From: Octopus sinensis
Lineage: Eukaryota
Direction: 5' to 3'
Assembly: GCF_006345805.1 (NCBI RefSeq)
Contig: NC_043007.1
Coordinates: 74,772,001-74,836,000, forward strand
Length of the DNA: 64,000 nt
Part shown: piece by piece, positions 1-13,397 of the stretch
How the letters are laid out: each line of letters begins with the position of its first letter
Position numbering within the stretch: the first letter of the stretch is position 1
Translations under genes and position numbers: made by a program
The notes under the pieces: model-generated
The model's database searches: none
Seen by the model: only the letters and a program-made list of their open reading frames with translations
What the model was told of the DNA's origin: nothing

Positions 1-165
1 TGAAAATAAACAAAAGACGAGGGCAGGTGGTGTAGAAACAAACAAATGTATTAGTATAGCACTCAGGAATAGAAAAAGTCTTTTACGTTTCGAGCCTACG
101 CTCTTCTACAGAAAGATACACAGAAAAAAACAAGGAGAGAAACAAGGAGAGAAAAAAAATGTGTG
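1..165 (-). mobile_element. Short repeat carrying a minimal HHR-like motif (79-116); probable Penelope-type pLTR fragment
   Basis: Minus strand reads TCTTT-CTGTAGA-A-GAGC-GTAG-GCTC-GAA-ACGT-A-AAAGA. A second copy lies at 15893-16065. Confidence 0.6.
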
Positions 166-2093
166 TAGTAGCTATTGATCTATCATGGCGTATACATCCT
201 CATTATCATCATCATCATCAATTTTTAACATCCGTTTTAAATGGACGGTTTGATAGGAGCCGACCAGCTGCAGAGCTGTCCAAACTCCTGTAATTTTCTA
301 TTTTGGCATGGTTTCTATGGCTGGATGCCTTTCCTAACACCAACAACTTTGCAGAGTGGTATATAGTTATATGTTGTTGTTCAAATAACGATGAAAACCA
401 CGATTTAAACTGAAGAACTCGGTGCATTGAATTATTAATACAGAGCAGACAAATTTATTCTCAAAAAACAATGTCTTACAAGATTAGTTTTATTTCCTTC
501 TATAGAATATTTCACAATGTTATGCACTCGCACGTGTGTGTGTGTGTGTGTGTGTGATATAAATGATGTCAGCTTGACGAAGGCAAGGAAGCCACCGTCA
601 ACCTTGTACTCAACTAAAAATATTGAGTAATCCATCAGATTTATGTTAAAATTCTATACATAAAGTGACTTAAAAACATCACATACACACACACACACAC
701 ACACGCACACATATTCACATACACAAACACACACTTGTAAACTTATGTATATGTACGTGTGAATGTATGTATATATGTAGTACAGAAGTACAAACTACCT
801 TTCCATCGCTACTAACAAAAATTCATTTAAGTATACAATCTTCGTAGTGTCGTTTTTAATCTCCAAACATTTCATTTGGAATGAAGCTTTCCAAGATGTT
901 CTAATCTTTTAAGAATTCTGTCTTCACTTCTTGCCATATATTTTTTATTTTACTTCTTTGAGTTCTTCTTTAATTATATGCGTTTTTATACATTATTTTA
1001 TAAGCGTCTAACATTTTTTCCAATGTAATACTATTTTTCCACGATTGAGAATTTTCCATCACCCATAAATAAATAAAAATTTGTATATATATATATATAT
1101 ATGTATATGTATATATGTATGTGTGTATATGTATGTATATATGTATGTGTGTATATGTATGTATATATGTGTGTATATATATATATGTATATATAGATGC
1201 TTATTTTGATGTCAAGTTATACATAAAAGCAATTTGACATTAAACTGAGAAATTACTAAATACTTTTTGCAAGGTTGATGAAACATTTACAAGAAAAGGG
1301 GTGACAGTAACTTCGAAGTTTTATTCTGTTATATGTTAACTCAAAAATTATTTCATTTCTCTTTCTATAATGTATTTAATTCCAAATTTGATTACAAATA
1401 TAGTAGTAGTAGTGGTTGTGGTGGTGGTGGTGGTGATGGTGGTGGTGGTGGTTTAGTCTGCCACATCCCAGGTTAGGCTTAACAGTGCAGATAAAACAAT
1501 GGACAAAAGCATTTTCGTAATTAATTTTGTTCAGTCTCTCTACATAACAACTTCATAATCCAATATTTTCTACATCTTCTAAGACAGAAGAATGTAATTT
1601 GAGAGAAATTTGTTTGCTATTTCTAGTATATTTCTAGTATCAAACAATCATATAGAAAGCTCGTTTATTCTTTGGTTGTTGATATCTTCATACAATGTTA
1701 GATATCTTCCCACAGCAGAAGATGGATAACAAATATATTTATCCCAGTGAGACCAACCACTGATGTTTGAATTATCTGCTCCAGCTCTCTTGCTGGTTGT
1801 TTCTTGTTTTACATGAAAACACTTCAGAAGTGAAATATGGACCAAAATGGAAGCATTACAACTCGTTAATAGATTTCTTTGGTTTCTGTAAATGCTATGT
1901 GTTTGGTTTGTGTGTATGTGTTTCTAAGTGTTTCTAGAATAACATATACATCTTGGAATTACATTTGAAAGAAGAATCATGTAGGTTTCTTGAAGCAATC
2001 TGGTAAAGAAGTTGCCTGGTACTCCATCAGTGAGGACAAGTATTCCAGTTGATCCTGTCAATGGAATGGCCAGCTCATGAAATTAATGTGCAA

Positions 2094-2337
2094 AGGCGGC
2101 TAGCTGGCAGAAATGTTAGCACGCTGAGCAAAGTGCTTAGCGGTATTTCATCTGCAATTACGTTCTGAGTTTAAATTCTGCCGAGGTCAACTCTGCCTTT
2201 CATCCTTTCGGGGTCGATTAAATAAGTACCAGTTACGCACTGGAGTTAATGTAATCGACTTAATCCCCTTGTCTGTCCTTGTTTGTCCCCTCTGTGTTTA
2301 GCCCCTTGTGGGCAATTAAGAAATAAGAAATAAGAAG
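2094..2337 (+). mobile_element. tRNA-derived SINE family A, full length, with 11-bp TSD
   Basis: GGCGGC.AGCTGGCAGAA (A box), GAGTT.AAATTC (B box), AATAAGAA tail. TSD TTAATGTGCAA at 2083-2093 and 2338-2348. Interrupts an older minus-strand SINE (1985-2580). Confidence 0.9.
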
Positions 2338-3733
2338 TTAATGTGCAAGTGGCTGAACATTCCATAGGCACTTAATGTAGGTTCCAGAGAGAGTCAGTGT
2401 AACATGGAATGTGACAATGCTGGCCTTTTTGAACTACAGGTACTGCTCCTTGTCACCAGCTGAGTGGACTGGGGTAACATGAAATAAAGTGTCTTGCCCA
2501 AGGACACAATGTGTCATCAGGAATCAACCTCATGACCTTATGATCATGAACCAAATACCCTAATCACTAAACCAGGTGCCTTCACAATAAAGAAATAAAA
2601 TAACAAAATAATGAAGGTGCTCCACCTTCATTATTACAATGAGAAGAAGACAATATTTGATAATCTTTATACCCTTCTGCACTCTCGGAGTGGTTGGCAT
2701 TATTAGGAAGGGCATCCAGCTGTAGAAACTCTGCCAGATCAAATTAGAGCTTGGTGCAGCTATCTGGTTCACCAGACCTCAGTCAAATCGGCCAACTCAT
2801 GCTAGCATGGAAAGCGGACATTAAACGATGATGATGGTGATGATAACTTCAAGCACAAAGGCACATCATCAGATTATTTCAGTCAAAAAATGTTAGTCTA
2901 TATACTAACAACTATGTATGGGTTCCACCAGGTCTAAAATCACACTAGGGTACCTTATGTCACCACCATGTCCAGTGATATAGCTTTAGTGAGTGATGCC
3001 TGGAGCAGCCCATCAGCTTGTTCTTTTCCTTTCATTATTCCCTACACATTCTTATAAAGTACACCCGAAAGTACCCATAGAGCGTCACTTGGGGCAGACC
3101 ACCCCTCCATCACCTAGTTACACTATTGTCTATATCTCTACAACTGAACCAGTATTTGAAGGCCTAAGGCAAAACATTGGTGTAGCAGGCCTTCAGGTCT
3201 CCATTTAACTGATTGGGTTCCTTGAGCACCTTTACAGTATCAACCGATATCCAGTGGACCAAACTGTGGTTCACCATTTCTGTATACCAGTCCATTCCAT
3301 CACCGCCTCTTGGTACCCTCATATTTCTCCACACTACAGTACATCATACTCCAGCAGACACAAACGACATTAACAGATTATCTTTCACCTTAGAACCTCT
3401 CCACCCCTTTAGATTTTAAGGAATATTTTTCATTCCTCACGTTTCCTGCCTCTTCCCCCAACACCAACACCACATCCATTTCACCTGTATTCATGCCTAT
3501 AGATATGAGGGTATGGACTGGGTTGTTTTCATGCTTCCCTCATATAATTTTTGGGATGTGAACAAATGAGTGTATAGTTACAAATGTATGTATGTATGTA
3601 TGTATGTATGTATGTATGTATGTATGTATGTATGTATGTATGTATGTATGCATGTATGTATGTAGGCATCTAACTACCTATCTATCTATCTTCCTATTTA
3701 TCTATCTATCTTCCTATCTATCTATGTAAGTTT

Positions 3734-3901
3734 TGGCTGAAGGAGGCATTCCATATATTGAAGCACAACTCTTCTACACTACTAAACAAACATAATGAGG
3801 CCCTAAGCACATGCAACGACCACTTTTTTCTCACCTTCAAATCCTACCACAAATCTAAATGCCTGAAGAACCACACAGTGTATTCCCACAATACACCATA
3901 G
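3734..3901 (+). pseudogene. Penelope-like element, C-terminal end of the GIY-YIG endonuclease (fragment)
   Basis: WLKEAFHILKHNSSTLLNKHNEALSTCNDHFFLTF resembles the PLE C-terminal pattern CL.E...IL.....LLNKR.E..S.C.H. Recognised from memory, not by search. Confidence 0.55.
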
Positions 3902-4107
3902 GTAATCCCTCCCGAAACTTATGAATCTTCATTGAAAATCTAAATCCTTATCTAACCCCACCCACTTCTTACTTTAGGATCACAATCATTTAATTTATAT
4001 ATTATATATTTTATATATATAAAAATAAGGATAAGATGGTTGATTTAAACATCGATCTTATCAAGTGGCCAGCATGGGAATAAAACCTTCAAAGGTAATA
4101 ATTATTA

Positions 4108-4339
4108 TTAAAATTATAATTTAGGGTATCTAAGAGATACTGCCATGCTGGAAATAGCAGCCAAAACCTGGCTCTAAAATGTTCATACAGCACCAGGAGA
4201 GAAGACAAAAGGACAAAATAGATTAGCAAAAAATTACAGAAATCCAGGATCTGGAATTATCCAGTAATATTTTGCTAGTTTATGTTGTTTTAGAGTCAGG
4301 ATTTGGCTGCTATTTAGATACCCTAAATTATAATTTTAA
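4108..4339. mobile_element. MITE-like foldback element
   Basis: TTAAAATTATAATTTAGGGTATCT...AAATAGCAGCCAAA.CCTG.CTCTAAAA is mirrored at the right end. The left arm carries an ~18-bp insertion. Confidence 0.65.
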
Positions 4340-4749
4340 CATATATATATATCTATATATATATATGTATGTATGTATGTATATGTATGCATGTATGCAT
4401 ATGTGTATGCATGTATGAACATGCAAACAGATACATGCAGGTATGTATGAGTATGCATGTATATATCTATGTATGTGTATGCATATATGTGTGTGTGTGC
4501 ATGTGTGTATATATAAACATACATATTTTGCCAGTAAATCTAAATGTTTATATTAATTTAGCATTAGAATTCTTCAAGTTGTATAAAAATAGTTATTGTC
4601 TGCATCATTCAAAAGAGAAATAAATTCTGCATAAGGTGTAAAAGATGAAAATAATTTGCATGGTGTTAGTAACAAAATATTTTGTAAGAAATAGAACTTT
4701 TATCATCGGTCTTAAATTTATTTTCGCCAGTGTATATATATATATATAA

Positions 4750-5292
4750 TGCCAACCACTCTGAGATTGTAGTGGGTGCTTTTTACATGCCTCCAGCCCA
4801 AGGGCCAGTCTGGCAGTACTGGCATCAGCCATGCTTGAACGGTGCATTTTGTGTGCCACCAGCACGGGAGCCAGACAGCCAGCAGTGGCAACAATCATGC
4901 TTAACTGGTGCTTTTTATGTGCCACTAGTACAGGTGCCAATCAGTCGGTATTGTCATCGGCCATGACAATGTCTTCACATGCCTCAATAGGTCTTTGCAA
5001 GCATACTCTTAAGTGGTCTGGTTATGCTGCACTGACATAGGCCACATTTACGGTCTCACTTGGCTTGCTGGGTCTTCTCAAGTACAGTATATCTCCAAAT
5101 GTCTCAGTTACTTGCTATCTCCTCCATGAGGCCCAACTTTTGAAGGTCTTCCTTGGTCCACCTCTTCTACAGGTTCCCTCTTTTGCTAGGGTATGACACT
5201 TTTCCAAACAGCTGTCCTCATCCATACATAACACATGACCATACCAACACAGTTGTCTCTCTTGCTCACCACATCTGATGCTTCTGGTGCTC
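4750..5292 (-). mobile_element. RTE LINE 3' end (C-terminal ORF remnant + repetitive 3'UTR)
   Basis: QLCWYGHVLCMDEDSCLEKC...EGTCRRG in the minus frame, plus GGTGCTTTTTA.GTGCCAC 3'UTR repeats. Confidence 0.85.
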
Positions 5293-5996
5293 CAACATGG
5301 CCACAGTCAAATGGCGGAAACAAGTAAAAGAGTAAAGAGTATACCTTCTTACTACCTTATTTCTTATGATTTACTTACTCTGTTGTGACAACTTAGCAAT
5401 TATGTTTAAATATATAAATGCCATGTTCTAAACTTACACCAGTTGTTTGCTTGTCCATACTTTCACTCTACTATATACACACCTGCTCAATGATAAATCA
5501 CATATAGCCATTCATTGGTAGGCAGCTACAACACTATTGCTTTTCGATTCAGTTGCAGTTCAAGCTGAAGTTTTAGGCACCACTTATTGTATGAACTTAT
5601 TACATTACATCGTTAAATACAATTTTATCTGAACTCTACATACATACAAACTCATGCATACACACAAACATACACACATGCATGCTCACATACACACATA
5701 TACACATGCTCACATACATACATTAAAGAAAAAAATGGATGCACTTCACCAGTCTTGTATCTAAATCATGTTAGATAAAGATTTGATTATTAACAGAGAA
5801 ATACACTCAACTATTGTATAAGTGATGAGAAGACTTAGTAGCTTACCAGCAGTACTATATAATGAACAATGGCTAATAACCTAATATAGAGAGCCAAAAA
5901 TATATTTTAATCAATTAAAATTATAATTATATCCATAATGAAAAGAAAATCATTAATGCTAATTCTTGAATGGGTTTCGGATTCTTTAATGCTTTT

Positions 5997-6462
5997 GTGA
6001 CTATTTAGAGCAAAATTATAACAAAAAAAGCTTCTATTCATGGCTGATATATTTAATATAAAAATATCAGTCTCTGAAAGTGGTCGGCACAGAACTTATC
6101 TGATTCTGTTGCTATTTAGCCTAAAGTTAGCTCTGATTCAGAAGACTTATGCTCATTCCAGCCGTGACCTCTGTCTTTGAAGAAGTAGTTAAGATTGTAT
6201 TACATAGATCAAAGACAATCCAGCCGTGACTATTTAGAGCAAAATTATAACAAAAAAAGCTTCTATTCATGGCTGATATATTTAATATAAAAATATCAGT
6301 CTCTGAAAGTGGTCGGCACAGAACTTATCTGATTCTGTTGCTATTTAGCCTAAAGTTAGCTCTGATTCAGAAGACTTATGCTCATTCCAGCCGTGACCTC
6401 TGTCTTTGAAGAAGTAGTTAAGATTGTATTACATAGATCAAAGACAATCCAGCCGTGACTAT
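5997..6462. repeat. Perfect tandem duplication, 229-bp unit
   Basis: GTGACTAT recurs at 5997, 6226 and 6455. The two units look identical. Confidence 0.92.
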
Positions 6463-7694
6463 CGTGTCTTTGTGTAGAGGTATCTAAGATCACATTATCT
6501 ATTTTGTCCTTTCCTGATTTAAAACAGTAGGGGTATGAGAAAGATTTGGCTGCTTTTTCTAGCATGCTGAATAAGTATTTAGAGCAGACAAGGGCTGTTG
6601 TTTGCAAGAAGCTGGTCACATGAGACCTAGATCATTATTTGGTGGGTGACACCACTAAATAATTAAAGGTAATTTTTCATCAGGCCTGCCATTCAGAAAG
6701 TCTTGTGGGCCACATGTTACCTATAACTGATTCTATCACTGGGCTATCATGCCATTGTGCCCTCACACCTTGGTAAGGTATATAACAAAATCAAAATTAA
6801 CTCTAAATTTTGGAGTATTCTTCTCCTGGTGTCAGTGTCAAAAAACTTGATCATGTGGTTAATGAATTCACTTCACAACTAAAGGTTTTTAGGTTCGATC
6901 CTACTGTACTACCATCTTTGACATCTATTGAAGCCTTGGAAGTGGAATAGACCAAAACCTTGCAAATGAAATTTGATTGACAGAAACTGTGGTCTAAATG
7001 ATTGTTCCTATTTTTAGATGGCAAACTTAGTCTATAGTAATGGGATGACGTGGTGTGTTTTGCCCTGGGGTGGCACCTTATGGGGTGGCACTTGTAGGTC
7101 TTCTGTATAAGCCAATATAGGCCCAGGGACCTGTGAAGAGAGGGAACTTCAAGATCTGCTCTGGTTGGCACACATACACACTTGTTATTCCACTAACCTG
7201 TAGCTAGGTTTCACACCACCATTCTGGGCCTTGTGTACACTTAGTGGTGATAAGGGGGGACACTGTTGCAAACATTTGGGTCAAATCTCCAGTTTGAGAA
7301 TAACTTCCTTCATCCCACCTATTTCTGAAAAGGGTCTTGGGTGTCTGTATCTTCTTCCACTGACTAAGACAAGTTCAGACCTAATTTTGTGTGCTGGTTA
7401 AGATGTTTACTTCACAACAACATGGTTTCTGGTTCAATTCTATAGCACAGTACTATGAACAAGCATCTTCTATTGAAACCTTGAACAGCTGGATGTCTTG
7501 GAGTACTGTAAGATAACTACTCAGATTCCAGAAACTTAAGTCAGAATGACATATGCTTAGGCTACACAATATTTCATATTACTGAGTCAGACAGAGAAAG
7601 GAATTTCTCAGTATTTGTTAAGATCTTTCTCTTGCTCCTCTGTTAGAAGGCCTGATCCAGAATTACACAACTGACCAGTTTTGCACAAGCACAC

Positions 7695-7710
7695 AGACAC
7701 ACACACACAC

Positions 7711-7798
<88 letters not shown>
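7695..7798. repeat. (CA)n microsatellite
   Basis: Direct reading. Other simple repeats: (TATG)n 3583-3660, (ATT)n 15235-15365, 24123-24197 and 48055-48188, (AAT)n 29250-29405. Confidence 0.95.
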
Positions 7799-7802
<4 letters not shown>

Positions 7803-8344
7803 AATTCACACATACACATATTCACACGCACCAGGCAGCCATGCAACTACAGCACCAATTGCATTGACTCTAGAGTTCAACTGGTAATTACTTTATTGAC
7901 CCCTAAAGGAAAAAAGGCAAAGGTAGCCTCCCCAGAATTTGAACTCAGAGCATAAAGACATGCGAATTGCCACTATGCATTTTGCCTGATATGCTAATGA
8001 TTCTAGCAGCTCACTGCCCAATAAACTATGCACAGTATGATTGAGTTTTCTCTTTTAAACAATAGTTCTTGTCTCTTGGAATATCTTCAGCAAAAGACCA
8101 AATAAAATAACAAACAAATCATCAATAATAGAATTATTGTGGATGAGATCTTTATGTTGCATTGTCTGTTAAATATTAATGATGAGCACAATGTCTTGTA
8201 GCTTTGGTAATAAGAAAATGTCCTGGAATAGTCAATAAAGGAATTGGTTACAAATTGTTTGTACATACTAATAGCTCTGTTAGAATAATCTAACAGAGCT
8301 AACAATAATAAAAATACACAAGATGCAAAGAAGGATTTGTAACA

Positions 8345-9000
8345 TTTACTCTTTTACACTTTTACTTGATTCAGTCATTTGATTGTGGCCATGCTGGAGC
8401 ACCGCCTTTAGTCGAGCAATCGACCCCAGGACTTATTGTTTGCAAGCCTAATACTTATTCTATCGGTCTCTTTTGCTGATCCGCTAATTTACAGGGACAT
8501 AAACACATCAGCTTCGGTTGTCAAGCAATGTTGGAGGTATAAACACAGACACAGAAACATATAAACACACACATTCAAATATATAAACATATATACGACG
8601 GGCTCCTTTCAGTTTCTGTCTACCAAATCCACTCTCAAGGCTTTGGTCGGCCCAAGGCTATAGCAGAAGGCACTTGCCCAAGGTGCCACGCAGTGGGACT
8701 GAACTCAGAACCATGTGGTTCGTAAGCAAGCTACTTACCACACAGCCACTCTTATGCCTATCTTTTATCTTTTATTTTTTATTTGTTTCAGTCATTAGAC
8801 TGTGGTCAATGCTGGGGCACCACCTTGAAAAATCTTAGTCAAATGAATTGACCCCAGTCCTTATATTATTTTTAAAAGGGTACTTATTCTATCAGTCTCT
8901 TTTGCCAAATCACTAAGTCACAGGGATGTAAACACACCAACACCAGTTGTCAAGTAGTGGTGAGGGGCAAACACAGACATATAGATACACACACATGTAC
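8345..9000 (-). mobile_element. Family B SINEs (full copy 8345-8762 plus a 3' half)
   Basis: Reverse complement of the family B consensus. Other copies at about 10340-10620(-), 10960-11345(+), 17120-17520(+), 19915-20295(-), 29440-29885(+), 57600-57970(-), 59325-59460(+), 62120-62340(-). Confidence 0.88.
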
Positions 9001-9189
9001 GCACATGTACTTCTAAATTAACCCAACCCTAGTTAAGAAGTTCACTTCACAATCATATGGTCACGAATTTTGTCCCATTGTGGGGTACTTTGAACAAGGA
9101 TCTGTTACCATAACATCAAACTGAATGATGCTATGTGACTGGAATTTGGGACCTGGAACTGAGAGAAAGCTCATCATACTTTTTTAAGA

Positions 9190-9953
9190 AATACTTTTTT
9201 TGAATTAAGAATTATTAATTACATAAAAAATAAGAAAAACAATGCAACATATTTTGCTTTTTGAGTTCAATAAAGGCAATAATGCAACAGAAAGTGCGAG
9301 GAATATTAACGCAGTATATGGGGATCGGACAATAAGTATAAGCTAGTGTCAACGGTAGTTCCAGAAATTCCAATCCAGAAACTACAGCCTAGAAGACGAG
9401 CCTTGTCCTGGAAGATCTGTAGAACTGAACAGGGACGTCCTGCAAATCCTGGTGGAACAAAATCCCATTGTAACTGTTGAGGAACTAGTAGAAAAGCTTG
9501 GATTTGGTCATTCAACCATTCATTGACATCTCCATGCCATCAGAAAAGGACCATCTTAGGTTTCAAGATGAAAGGTTTTCTTCCATCAGGATAATGGTCC
9601 GTCATATACAGTGAGGATGACATTCCAAAGGGTGGAGAAGTTTGAATGGGAAACGATGCCCTACCTACCATATTCGCCAGACATTTAATCATTTATTCCA
9701 CAGTCTTCAAAATCATTTGGATAGAAAAAATATGAATTCTGTAGACAAGGTCAGAACAATACTGGAGAAGTATTTTTCATCACAGACAAGTGAATTTTGG
9801 AAGAGGGGCCTTGCAAATCTACCAGCTAGATGGAAGAGTATTATTGAAAATGAAAGAGAGTATATTTTAGATTAAAAATGAACTTTGTTTATCTTAATTT
9901 TGAAAAATAAAAGAAGTATAAAAAAACTGCATTATTTATGAGATGACCTAGTA
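9190..9953 (+). mobile_element. Decayed, internally deleted mariner (Tc1/mariner) transposon
   Basis: FEFNKGNNATESARNINAVYG...LEDEP.PGRS N-terminal HTH region is joined to HQDNG...YSPD...HLFHSLQNHL...LPARWKSIIEN C-terminus. 3' TIR ...ATTATTTATGAGATGACCTAGTA. Stops and frameshifts present. Confidence 0.9.
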
Positions 9954-10009
9954 AGTGACCTGACCCTTGTACTCAAGAGTGTTAAGTACATGTTTTGTAC
10001 ATTTAGCAA

Positions 10010-10237
10010 TTAATCCTTTAGCCTTTAAACCAGCTATATCTGGCCAAAATATTCTACCTATTTTTAGGTCCAAAATTGCCAGATCCAGCTTCTCACACAT
10101 ATCCTACAGTGTCATTCTAAAAATAACATTCACATCATCAGAATCTTAAAGCTACTAAATAATGTATCATTAATTCAAAATAATTTGAATAAATAAGCAT
10201 TACATTTGATAGAGTAGTCTGAATACTAAATGATTAA
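10010..10237. mobile_element. piggyBac-like MITE
   Basis: TTAA-TCCTTTAGC...CTAAATGA-TTAA termini. Related copy at 12106-12317. Confidence 0.6.
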
Positions 10238-11084
10238 AGTTATATATCTAATCAAAGTCTTAACACTTCCAAGTCTCTTGCAAGCTTCATGTAAAATAAA
10301 AATTTTGTTACATTTAAAAAGATTTTAGTGAATTACTCTTATTCTCTTTTACTTGTTCCAGAGCATTCTTTGTTTCTGGAGCATTCTTTGTAAGCCTAGT
10401 ACTTATTTTATCGGCCTTGTTTACCGAACTGCTAAGTTACGGATACGTAAACACACCAGCATCTTTCAGTTTCCATCTACGAAATCCACTCACAAGGCTT
10501 TGGTCAGCCCAAGGCTATAATAGAAGACACTTACCCAAAGTGCCACACAGTGGGACTGAACCTGAAACCATGTGGCTGGAATGCAAGCTACTTACCACAC
10601 AGCCACTCCTGTGCCTATTACAAATTTTATTGTATCTGCTTTCTCAAATGTTTGATTTTATCAACTGCAGGTGTTTCCGTAAGAATTATAATTTCTCTAT
10701 TTCTATAACACTTTAGGCACAGGCATGGGTGTATAGTAAGAAGCTGAACTGCAGCACCTCATTTGGGGTATTATGAGTTCACAAGGAAGTGGGTGGAAAA
10801 TGTCAAGGAGGTGGAGCATTATGAGGTGTGCAGGGTGGGTAGAGTGGTGTCAGGATTTTTCTCAGAAATAAAATATTTAAACCAGGTACAATATCTATAG
10901 TTTATATTTTAACACATTAAAAAAAAAAAAGAGATCTCTGTTAGCAAAAGATTACAGGTTTCCCAACCACATGGTTCTAGGTTCAATCCCACTGGCACCT
11001 TGGGCAAGTGTTTTCTACTATAACTCCAGGCCAACCAAAGCCTTGTGAGTGGATTTGGCAGATGGAAACTGAAAGAAGACCATT

Positions 11085-11126
<42 letters not shown>

Positions 11127-12105
11127 CTTTGTGTCTGTATTTGTCCCTAACTACTAGTTGACAAGAGGTATTGGTGTGTTTATGTCCAGGTAACTTAGCT
11201 GTTCAGCATAAGAGAACAATAGAATAAGCAGCAGCCTTAAAAAAGATAAAAATAAGTACTGAGGCAGATTCATTTGACAAAAAGTGTTTTTCAAGGCTGT
11301 GCACCAGCATGGCCGTGGTCTAATGACCAAAACAAGTAAAAGATAAACGAACACATTTTTAAAGTTAGCATATTTGTATTTGTCTCCAGTATATTTTCCA
11401 AAAGATATTTCAACTTAGAATGTTATGTATCTCATATGCAGTAATCTATACTCCACATCAAATTGGAAGATACTAGATTTAAGAGAGATTCAACACAGTT
11501 CTAAGTATTCTCAGGTTACTACAGGTTTCATTTATTTGTTTTTGTTTTTTTGTGTGTGTGTTTTTATGTGTTTATTTTTTTTCTTTGTGGGGGTGTAATG
11601 AAGAAAGCATATTCTGGTAAGAAGTCAGTTAGAAATAGATATTGCTATGCTTGTTCACAGCTGGTGGGCCAGAGACCTAATGAAAGAGAATGTTGACATA
11701 TTTCTGTGGTTGTCATGTTCAGTATAAAGCAGATTGACATCAAGAATCTTGCAATACAAAAACCAAGTACATTGGTACATTTACATAAAATACTGGATTA
11801 GATGTTTTACAGCTGGATGCTTTTTACCAATTCAGCTATTAACTTGTCTTGAAATAAGCATGTTATTTATATTTAGTTAGGTTGGTTAATTGAAATAAAT
11901 CTTTAACAAGAAATTAGAATCTAATATTAACACGAAAGGTTAAAGAATAGCAAGTATTTAACAAGACCGTTTTTCTTTTTATTTCTTCGATTTTGAAGGG
12001 CAAAAACACTTACCTGAGCATGGGTGGGGTTTCTTTTCTGAAGATCTGTTGTTCAGTTCTATTGAGAGTTTCTTACCAACGTTTGATACTGCTTTCTAAT
12101 GTCCC

Positions 12106-12317
12106 CTAACCCTTTAGCATTTAACTGGCTATATCTGGCCCAAACATGTTCAAACTGGCCAAAGCTGACCTCTCATACCTAGATTACAATGTCATTCTAA
12201 AAAAAAAAAAAATAGTCACATCACTGAAATCTTGGAGTTATGAGATAGTGGAACATTAATTCAAAACAGTAAATAAGCATGACAATTGGCAGAGTAATCT
12301 AACTGCTAAAAGGTTAA
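12106..12317. mobile_element. piggyBac-like MITE
   Basis: (C)TAACCCTTTAGCA...TGCTAAAAGGTTAA termini. Internal similarity to 10010-10237. Confidence 0.65.
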
Positions 12318-13271
12318 TGATGCATTTAGCCTCGTTTATCATGGGTGTTTTGTTCCAAAAACCAAAGAAAAGTACCATGTTAAATGGATCAGTGATAAAT
12401 GACTCCGTCTCTCCCTTCTCCTCCAGCTGGGGCATCCTTGTATCTCTTCTACAGCAAGACACCTATCACTATCCTGCAAAGCCACTTCTCTCAATGCTAT
12501 TCCTCCATCACCACCAAGATGAGGAGACTCTGTTTTGTCATACAAGGTACTTGGTGACCATTATGGCGTTGGTACCACACAAAAGCATCCAGTACACTCT
12601 ATAAAGTGGTTGACATTAGGAAGGGCACAGGTACAGTCACAGGAATTTTTCGAAAGAAGGGCACAAGGTTGGCAGGGAATACAGTTCCTGGAGAAAAGGG
12701 CGTAATAACATTATTCAGAAGGGTGCATTTCTTTTCTTGAGGGGGGCACGTGCCCCTCAGTCTCCCCCCTCCACTGGGCCCACCCCCTGGGGCATCCATT
12801 CATAGAAACCATGTCAAAATAAACAATAGAGCTTGTCTTGTCAGCTCTTGTCAAAACCATCCAATCCACGCCAGTATAGAAAGTAGGCACTGAATGATGA
12901 TGATGATGATGATAGGAAAATGGGTTGTCATCCTGAAACCCTCAAGTTGTCCTGAGTGTTGTGGATGGTTACTGGAGAGTGTTTTTACAGTCCAAGCAAA
13001 ATCTCTGATTGATCACCGACCCACATTATCACAGAACAATCCATAATAAACACTACACGGTTCACAGTGTGCTGTACCATGTTATTCTAGATAAGTGGTG
13101 AATGAATCAGGAGTAAACAAGGATAGGTGTACCAGCTGCTAAATTTCTTTTCTTCTGTTTCACAATCATTTTTTTGTTCCTTTTATCCATTTACCCTTCG
13201 CCAAAACAAAATCTTCCTCTCTGAGTGTATAAATTTCTAATTTTTATATTTTTGTTTCTTTTTTTCAACAG

Positions 13272-13397
13272 GAAGACATTGTTTGTCTCAGTTGTTTAGC
13301 ATCCACAGCAAGAGAAAATGATAGTGGTGAGAGATATTGTCTGGCTGCTGAAGGTTTTGGAAACCGAATTTGTTCCCTCATCAATATTTCCAATAAG
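13272..13397 (+). CDS. RyR: Ryanodine receptor, N-terminal coding exon (probably coding exon 2): EDIVCLSCLASTARENDSGERYCLAAEGFGNRICSLINISNK
   Basis: Pyrimidine tract + caacAG acceptor, 126 nt open frame, AAG|gtatgc donor. Contains the RyR N-terminal signature CLAAEGFGNR. Confidence 0.96.

Noticed and set aside
3860-3925. CTGAAGA...GAAAC downstream of the Penelope-like peptide
   Set aside because: No stems I, II or III can be built, so it is not called a ribozyme.
12005-12100. Strong minus-strand donor CAG|GTAAGT near 12010-12018
   Set aside because: No recognisable peptide, no partner exons, and it lies between MITE remnants.
12745-12800. GC-rich GGGGGGCACGTGCCCC motif reminiscent of hAT subterminal sequence
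   Set aside because: No partner terminus or TSD visible.
1-13271. Search for the first RyR coding exon (expected M...DDVSFLRT-like peptide)
   Set aside because: No matching peptide with a donor site found. It probably lies upstream of the window.
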